This document shows, in pieces, positions 20,101 to 29,100 of a stretch of 64,000 nucleotides of DNA. The stretch spans positions 1 to 64,000 of the forward strand of contig CAZFHY010000002.1 of the NCBI GenBank assembly GCA_964519305.1, given 5' to 3'. The translations under genes and the position numbers were made by a program. The stretch is from Candidatus Undinarchaeota archaeon. GTDB lineage: Archaea > SpSt-1190 > JASMDC01. The stretch's first letter is position 1; every line of letters begins with the position of its first letter. The notes under the pieces were generated by a model that did no database searches, had not been told where the DNA came from, and saw only the letters and a list, made by a program, of their open reading frames with translations.

Positions 20101-23100
20101 CACATTGTAGATCGTATCCCAACCGATGGTCTGGTCGCCAACCTGAGATGCCTTACCGTCGCATTCCTTGTTGAAGTAGAACTTCGTCTGGCTCTGCCAG
20201 TCCCCTTCCTCATCGCAGTGCGCCGTATCCACCCACTCGGTGGTACACGAGGCGTCGAGCTCCTTGTTGTCGTTGCTGGTGCACGCGCCCTTGTGACAGG
20301 TCATGAGCTTCCAGTTCTGCTTGATATTGCCGCTAGTCTTCGCACGGATCCGGTAGTATGCTGGCGAGCAGCGGTAGAGGTCGATGGGCCCGTGCCATTC
20401 CTCGGGAACAGCGGGCAGGTCGTTGCATGCTGGTGATTCGAAGGTGAACTTGGCCTTTGTCGTGTACTTACCAGCTACCTTGCACAGGGTGTAGTCCTTG
20501 CTGGGGCAGTTCAGGGACGAGATCTCGTTGGAGTTGGAGCAGAAGCCAAGCTGACCGGTACTGTGACACGCGAGGGCGCCACTGTTCCACTCCTTCCCGC
20601 CGCTGCCATCATACACGTAGTAGTCGACGCTGGCAGGCGAGCCCACGTAGCAGAAGAAGAGCTTGTTGCGGGTGAACTCCTCGGTCGCGGGCATGTTAGC
20701 TGAGTAGTCGCACCTCTTGCCTTCGTAGGTGTACTTGACGTTGCCCTTGTACCAGCCCTTCTCATCGCATGTATCGATGGGCTTGGCCACAGCGCAGGTG
20801 AGCAACCGGTCAGCAGCGTTGTTGCGCCGACGCGAACTGATACCGTTGGTATCGTGCCAGTTGATCTCCTGCAGGTCGCCGCCAGCGACGCAGCCGGTGG
20901 AGCATGTGCGGTCCGCCTGATAGGCCTTGCTCGTCTTCGGGCTGATGATCTTGTAGCGCACCTCGTCCGTGATGACGCAGTTGTACATGTTCACACGGCC
21001 GAAGACCGAGGTGGTGCTCGCTATCATGGGCGTGCTGTCGCAGTTGGCGCGGTCGTGATAGAGGGTACCCTCTGTCGAGTACCAGCCGGGCGCCAGGCAC
21101 TCGTAGAAGTCGTACGGGCACGACTGGCTCCGCTCGGTGTAACCGTTCTTGTTCGGACATGTGGATGAGCACTCGACGTTGTTGATCGTGTGGATCTTGC
21201 CGGCATAATCGTGGAAGATGCGTATCTGAGCGTACTCCGGGTTCTCCTTCCACACGCCGTTCTCGCACTTCTCCTTCGCCTTGTCGCCGTCAACGTCGGC
21301 ATTGTAGCCGTTGTTGTAGCAGCCGTTGTTGTACACGCAGTCGTTCTTGTCATTGCAGCAGGCAAGGTCATCTGCACCACGGTCGCAGGCGGTGGCCACT
21401 TCCTCGATGGTCTCGCAGAACCGGTACCACTCGTTGTTATCGTCACCGCAGCACTTGTTGCCGTGGACCTCACCACCGATGTTCCACACGATGCCCTTGT
21501 CCTTAGCTCCGGTGGTCCGGTCGTCGAAGCATGAGGCGGTGCAGTAGGTGCCCGAGTGGCCGTCCCATTCGATGTTGTATTCCTTCTTGGTAAGGTCCTG
21601 GTACGCGTCCTCGAGCGTCGTGCCGTCCCAGTTGTTACCGGCATAGTGGACACGGGCCTTGAAGTAGTGGTCGCCCTCGCGGTCGCACTGGCGCTTCTGG
21701 CCGCTCACGGTCACGTACCGGTCGGGATTCCAGCCAGAGTATGTGCACTCGACGTTCGCGTTGTGGTTCGTCGGATCCTTGGAGAACTGGTCGGCGGGGC
21801 AGCTGGCCCATTCACCGTTGACATAGTAGTGGCCGCCCACGTAGTAGTAGACCTGCATGGTCGTCGTGAGCGAGCAGGAGAATATCTTGCCACGGTCGAT
21901 CCAGATCGGATTGTTCTTGAAGTCCTTGTTGTAGCAGTTGCGGCCTGCGTGTTTGATCTCACCCTTGAGCGTGTAGTAGCCCTTGTTGCTCGAGCACACC
22001 GTCGTCTCGGGGATGGTGATCGTCGGGCACTCGCTCTTGAGCTCGTAGGCCTGACCGTTGTGCACGCAAGCGGTCGTGCAGTCCTTCTTACCCGAGTCCC
22101 AGGCCTGGCCGCCCTCTGGCTTGTATAGGCGGTAGTTCACCTTGTCGGTGATGGTGCAAGTGTAGAGGTTGTGCTTACTGATCGCCGAGGTCCCTCCAGG
22201 CACCATGGGCATGCCATCGCAGTTACCACGGTTATGGTTGATAGTGGCCTCTGCCTGGTAGGTACCGGGCACCAGGCACTCGTTGAAGTCGTAGGGACAC
22301 TCATGGGTCCGCTCCTTTCCACCCTCGGCGCATGTGTAGAGATCGACGATGTCGGTGCTCTCTGCGGCCTGTTTCTTGCATCCCGACTCGTCCGGATATG
22401 CGGGGAAGTCGAGACGTGCCTTTATCTTGCCCGCTACCGGGCAGGCCGTGTACTTGAACGCTGAGCAGGTTATGGTACGCTTTCCGCCAGAGCAGGTGAT
22501 GGAGCATTCGGGGTAGAACGTGTCGACGACGTTGTTGCTCTGGTCCATGATGCGCAACTTGATATCTCCAGCGCCTTCGGGTGGAGTAACGTAGCCGGAG
22601 GCACCGGGGCATGCAGAGGTACAGAGCACGTTATCGATGGTGTAGAACTTACCACCAGCGTTGTGGAATATCCGGATTTGAGCGTACTCGGGCGAGTCCT
22701 GCCATTTACCGCTCACGCACTTCTCCTTGGCGTAATCGTTATCGATATCGCCGCTCCACCCCGTGGCGTAGCAGTTCCCGTTGAACACACAGTCGGTGGA
22801 CTTGTCGCAGCACGCCAGGTTGTCCGACGAGCCGGCGCATCCGGCGCCCGCGTCCTGCTGGGTCTCGCACGTCCTGATGAACTCGTTGGCGTCATCCTCG
22901 CAGCACTTGGCCACATCGCCACCGATGTTGTACTTGTTCGAGCCGCAAGCGTTGCAGTAGGTGGCCGAATCGTCCTGGTCACGCCAGGTACCGGCCTGGC
23001 AGTACTCACCATTGTAGTCAGCCTCGTTGGAACCGGCGTGGTTTGTCTGTAGGCATGTGCCCTGTGAATAGCAGGTGTTGCCGTTGGTGCAGTCGTTGTT

Positions 23101-26100
23101 GTTGTTACAGCAGGCATCGGTACTATCGGCGTTGGACACCTTGCGGTACTCGCCAGCGTCGTCACCACAGCATTTATCGATCTCGCCACCGATATTGTAG
23201 TTTGTATTACCATGGCAGGCCTTGCAGTAGTTGGAGTTATCGTCAAGGTCCACCCAGGTTCCCGCCTTGCAGTATTCGCCGTTAGTGGCCGCGTCAGAGA
23301 GATGTAGCGACGTGTGCGCGCATCCGCTGTTAGCATAGCAGTTGTTGGCGAACACACAGTCGTCGGTCTTGTCACAGCAGGCATCGGTCGAGTCGGCGTT
23401 GTTGGTCCTACGGTACTCGTTGGCGTCGTCACCGCAGCAGAGGTGACGTGAGCCGCCGTCATTGGAGTGGATGCTCCACCACACGTCCTTGTTCACACAG
23501 TTCTTGTGACAGTAGTCCTTCGTGTCCCAGTTGACGGTGTACTGGGTCCGTGTCCGGGATTCTAAGAGGCTGTTACCCTGTATGGCCACGCCGTCCCAGT
23601 TCTTGCCCGTGAAGGTGTAGTCGACCTTAGTCTTGTAGTCGCCCTCGATACGGCAGTAGTTCTTGTTCCCGCCGATGGTGACGGACTTATCGGCTTCAGG
23701 CGTATATGACGTATACTTGCACTCGTGTTGGACACCTCCCTCGTCGCTGCTGGGATTGATAGCGATGACCTGCGGGCAGCTCATGGCCTTGTTATTGATG
23801 AAGTAATGGCCACCTACCCAGAACCATAGCTTGGCGTTGAGCACGAGCGAGCACGAGAACACCTTGAGGTTTGTCTTGTCGACCCAGCTGTTGGCGAACT
23901 TCAACGCTCCACCGTTGATACAGTTGTTGCCCACGTGGTTGATGTACGCGTTGGACGTGTAGTAACCGTTACGGCTGGAGCAGAAGTCGGCCCAGTTGAA
24001 GTTGTACGTCTGGCAGTTGGATTCCCTCGAGCCCGATGAGCACGACGCGTCGCACTCCTTCTCAGCGCTGCGGTGAGCGTAGGTGCTGGTACTGGGAGAC
24101 GTCGTGCCTGGTACGTAGAAGTAATACCTGATCTTGTCCTTGATGACACAGTTGTAGAGGTTGTGACGTGAGATGGCCGATGTCTTGCCTGTCTCGATCT
24201 TCGTACCATCGCAATTAAGACGCTTGTGCTCGATGTTGGTCTCGGCCTGGTACCAGCCGGGGATCTTGCACTCGTGGAAGTCGTACTTGCACTCGTGGTC
24301 CCGCTGTGTCTCCGATGCCGAGTTCGCGCAGGTCGAGCTGCACAGCACGCCTGTGAACTTGTGGAGCTGGGTGTTACCTGTGGCCTGATGGTAGATGCGG
24401 ATCTCGGCATACTCGGGCGCGTCCTGCCACACACCGTTGACGCACCACTCGATAGCGCCGTCAGAATCGATGTCGCCCTGCCATCCATTGTTCTTGCAAC
24501 TACCAAAGCCCACGCAATCCTTGTTGGAGTTGCAGCATGCCTTATTATCCCCATTGCACGCGTTCTTGATCTGCTCGTCGGAGGCACAGGTCCTGTACCA
24601 CTCGTTGTTGTCGTCACCACAGCATGAGGATGCGGCGATCTCGCCGCCAAGGTTCCAGGCAACACCGCTGTCCATGGCCCCGGTGGTCTTATCCGTAAAG
24701 CATGATGTCGAGCAGTAGGTTCCGGAGTGCCCGTCCCAGTTGACGTTGTAGAGCGTGGAAGTGAGGTCCTGGTAGGCGTTCTCGAGAGTACTTCCGTCCC
24801 AGTTCTTGCCTGCATAGTGGACCCTGACCTTCACGTTGTGATCGCCCTCACGGTCACACTGTCGCTTCTGTCCACCGGCGTTGACGTACTTGTCAGGGCT
24901 CCATCCCGTGTACGTGCACGCTACGTTCGCATTGTGGTTCGAAGGATCGTACGAGAACTGGTCGGTGGGGCAGGTCAGCCATTTGGCGTTGACGTAGTAG
25001 TGGCCGCCCACCCAGTACCACACCTGCATGGTCGTGTCCAGAGCGCATGAGAACGCCTGGCCGTAATTGAACCACTCGTTCTTTGCGTAGAAGTTGCCGT
25101 TATGGCAGTTGCGACCCGAGTACTCCATATAGGCCTTGGTGCTGTAGTAACCGTTACGCTTCGTACAGAATGACGTCTCGGGGACAGTTACCGACGGACA
25201 GTCCGTCTTGCGCTCGTACTTGTCGACCGGTTTGTGGCATACCGTGGAGCAGTCCTTCTTGGCGGACGTCCAGGCCTTGGTGCCGCTCGGATCGTAGGCG
25301 TAGTACGTAACATGATCGGTGATGACGCAATTGTAGAGGTTGTGTTTCCCGATGACCGAGGTCGTACCGGCCACCATAGCCTTCCCGTCGCAGTTGGGTC
25401 GGTTGTGGTTCACTGTGGTCTCGGCCTGGTACCATCCGGGGATGTAGCACTCGTAATAGTCGAACTTGCACTCCTGCTGTCGCTGTGCATAAGCGCCGGT
25501 GCCGGACGGACAGGTGGTCGTGCATGCGACATTGTTCTGGGTCTTGATGAGCCCGGCCGTCTCGTGATAGATGCGGACCTGTGAGTATTCCACAAGGTCC
25601 TGCCATGCCCCGTTGACGCACTTTTCCTGTGCCTTGTCACCGTCCGCATCCCCCGTCCAGCCGTTATCGTAGCAGTTTCCAAAGCTCACGCAGTCGTATC
25701 GTGCTTTGCAGCAGGCCTTGTTGTCACCGTTGCATGCGTTCTTGGTATCCTCGTTGGTCTCGCACGTGCGATACCACTCAGAGCCGTCATCACCGCAGCA
25801 GGAGGACGCTGCAGTCTCTCCACCGATGTTCCATGCTATACCGTTATCGTGAGCCCCGGTGGTCGTGTCGCTAACACAAGTGGGGTTACAGTAGGTGCCC
25901 GAATGCCCGTCCCATGCGACGTTGTACTGGGTGTTCGTCCAACTTTCCTTGAGGTGGGATCCGCCGTGGAGGTTGCTGCCGTCCCAGTTCTTGCCCGAGA
26001 AGGTGTACTCTACCTTGGCGATATAGTCGCCCTCCTTCTGACAGTAGCGTTTCTGTCCGCCGACGTCGACAAAGGTGCCTGCAGGCGGGGTCCAGGCCGT

Positions 26101-29100
26101 GTATGTGCACGCGTGTTCCACCGCGTCGTTCTTGGCCGGGTTGTGTGAGTACGTCTTGGGGCAGGTCATGGCCTTTGCGTTGACGAAGTAGTGGCCGCCC
26201 ACGTAGAACCATGTCTTGGCAGACGCTGTTAGCGAGCACGAGAACACCTTGAGGTTGGTGTTATCGGACCAGCTCGTAGTGTGCTTGAGCGCCTGACCGT
26301 TCACGCATGAGTGTCCGTTATGCACATATCGGGCATTGAGCGAGTAGTAGCCGTACCCGTGAGCATTGTTGCACAACGCAGCCTCGTCGATGGCCACACC
26401 ACCACAGTCCACCTGGTACGTACCGCTGGAGCAGGACACAGGACACGTCATTGACTTGGACCACACCCGCTTGCTGCTGGAGGTCGTGGGCGATGTCACA
26501 CCGGGTTTGAAGACGTAATAGGTCACGTCGTCGTTGACAGTGCACTGGAAGAGGTTGTGGCGGCTGATGGACGACTGCTTGCCGATGTCCACCTTGGCAC
26601 CGTCGCACTCGGTACGCTTGTGATCGATAGTGGTTTCGGCTTGGTACCATCCGGGGATCTTGCATCCTGAGCTGGAATACGTGACGGGGCACTCGTGGTA
26701 CCTTTGGGTCTCCGAAGATGTACCGGAGCAGGAGTTAGTGCTGCAGAGCACGTTATTGAAGGTCTTGATGACGTTATTGCCGGTATGCTGGTGGTAGATA
26801 CGGATCTGCGCGTACTCGGGCGCATCCTGCCACACACCGTTAACGCAGTACTCGATGGCACCATCACTATCAGCGTCCACCTGCTTGCCGTTGTTGTAAC
26901 AGCTCCCGAACGATACACAGTCCTTCTGGGCATTGCAGCAGGCCTTGTTATCGCCATTGCATGCGTTCTTGATGGTCTCGTCAGTGGCGCATGTCCGATA
27001 CCACTCACTGCCATCGTCGCCGCAACAAGTGGTCGCCGCGGTCTCGCCGCCGAGGTTCCATCCCATACCACTGTCCAAGGATCCCGTTGTCTGGTCTGTA
27101 CGACACGAAGTGGAGCAGTAGGTACCGGAATGTCCGTCCCAGTTGACGTTGTAAAGGGTATTGGAAAGACTGTCGGACGTTACGCCCAGGTTAGTCCCAT
27201 CCCAGTTCTTTCCCGAGTAGGAGACCGTGACGGTCATCACATGGTCCCCCTCTTTATCGCACTGTCGCTTCTGTCCACTAACGGTGACGTACTTATTGGG
27301 GCTCCAGCCCGAGTATGTGCAATCAATGACCGCGCCGTTGTTCGCGGGATCGTGGGAGAACTGGTCGGATGGACAGCTCATCGCTTTATTTGAGAAGTAG
27401 GTGTGGCTGCCGCCCTTGTAGGTGACCTTCATAGCTGTGTCCAGACCGCAGGAGAACGCCTTCACGTTGGTGTTGTCCGACCAGCTGGTAGTGTGATGTA
27501 GCGCACTACCGGTCTTGCACGAGTACCCTTTGTGCTGGATGCGACTGTTGACGGTATAGAATCCGCTACGGCTGGAGCAGATCGCTGCCTCGGGAACGTT
27601 GTAGCCAGGACAGGACGAAGTGTACACCTGGTCTGACGGGCATGATGCAGGACAGTCCACGTCCTTCTTGTGGGAATACCCGCTGGTCTTGGGTGCCGTC
27701 ACACCTGGCGGGTACACGTAGTAGGAGCCCTTGTCGATGATGTTGCAGGTGAACAGGTCGTGCTTGCCTATCTGGGATGGGGTGCTCGCCGCCATGGGCA
27801 GTCCGCTGCAGGTGGGGCGGTTGTGGTCCAGGGTAACCTCGGCCTGGTACTTACCGGGGATCTTGCACCCCGAGCTGGAGTACGTCCATGAGCACACCTG
27901 GTAGCTCTGAGCTTCCCCGCTCGTTCCGCTCGGACATGAGGTAGTGCACTCAACACTGTTCTGGGTGTGGAGAAGGCCCACTGTCGCATGGGACACACGG
28001 ATCTGCGCGTACTCCTTGACGTCCTCCCAGGTACCGCTATTGCACTTTTCTGTGGCCTTATCTCCGTCCGCGTCGCCCTGCCAGCCATTGGCATAGCAGT
28101 TGTTCTTGGATACACAGTCCGTCTTGTGGGAGCAGCACGCGACCCCGTCACCGCTGCACGCGTTCTTGACCAGTTCGTTCGAGGTGCAGGTGCGGTACCA
28201 CTCCCCGCCATCGTCACCGCAGCAGGTCGTGGAGGCCGTCTCGCCGCCGAGGTTCCAGCCGACACCACTGTCACCAGATGTCTTGTCGTTGAAGCAGGTG
28301 GTGGTGCAGTATGTACCGGAATGGCCGTCCCAGTTGACGTTGTACTTGGTTACTGTTAGCGACTCCTTGAGGTGTGAACCGCCGTGGAGGTTCGAGCCGT
28401 CCCAGTTCTTGCCGGAGAAGGTGAAGTCGACCTTGGTATTGTAATCCCCCTCCTTCTCACAGTAACGCTTCTCGCCACCCACGGTGACGTAGGTGCCTGC
28501 CGGAGGCGTCCAGGCGCTATATGTGCACGAGTGGAGCCCGACGTCCCCCTTGGATGCGTCGTACTCGGCGATGACATCAGGACAGGTCATGGCCTTTTTG
28601 TTGATGAAGTAGTGACTGCCCACGTAGAACGACACTTTTGCGGACATGTCCAGGCCGCAGGAGAACGCCTTCACGTTCGTGTTGTCCACCCAGCTGTTCT
28701 TGACGTAGAGGTTACCGCCGTTGATGCACGATTGTCCCTTGTGCTGGATGTAGGTGTTGACTGAATACCAGCCGCCTGTGTTGGCGCAGATGGCCGGTTT
28801 GTCGATGGTGACCGTGGGACAGGTCGAGGTGTACACCTTGTCAGAGGGACAGGAGGCCGTGCAGTCCACGTCCTTCTTCCAGGCATACCCGCTGGTCTTG
28901 GGGTTGGTGACCCCCGGCGGGTAAACGTAGTAGGTACCCTTGTCCTTGATATCGCATGTGAACAGGTCATGCTTCGTGACCGAACTGGTGCCCCCCACGA
29001 CGCCTGACGCCTTGCCGTCGCATTCGGGCATTGCGTGAGTGACCGTGGCCTCGGCCTTGTACTTGCCTGGGATAGTGCAGCCCGACTTGGGATAGGAATA

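Noticed and set aside
23210-23230. CKACH as a heme c site, suggesting a multiheme cytochrome or nanowire
   Set aside because: I saw only one CxxCH in 5255 aa of Cys-rich sequence, and the sister repeat reads CNACG, so it is probably chance.
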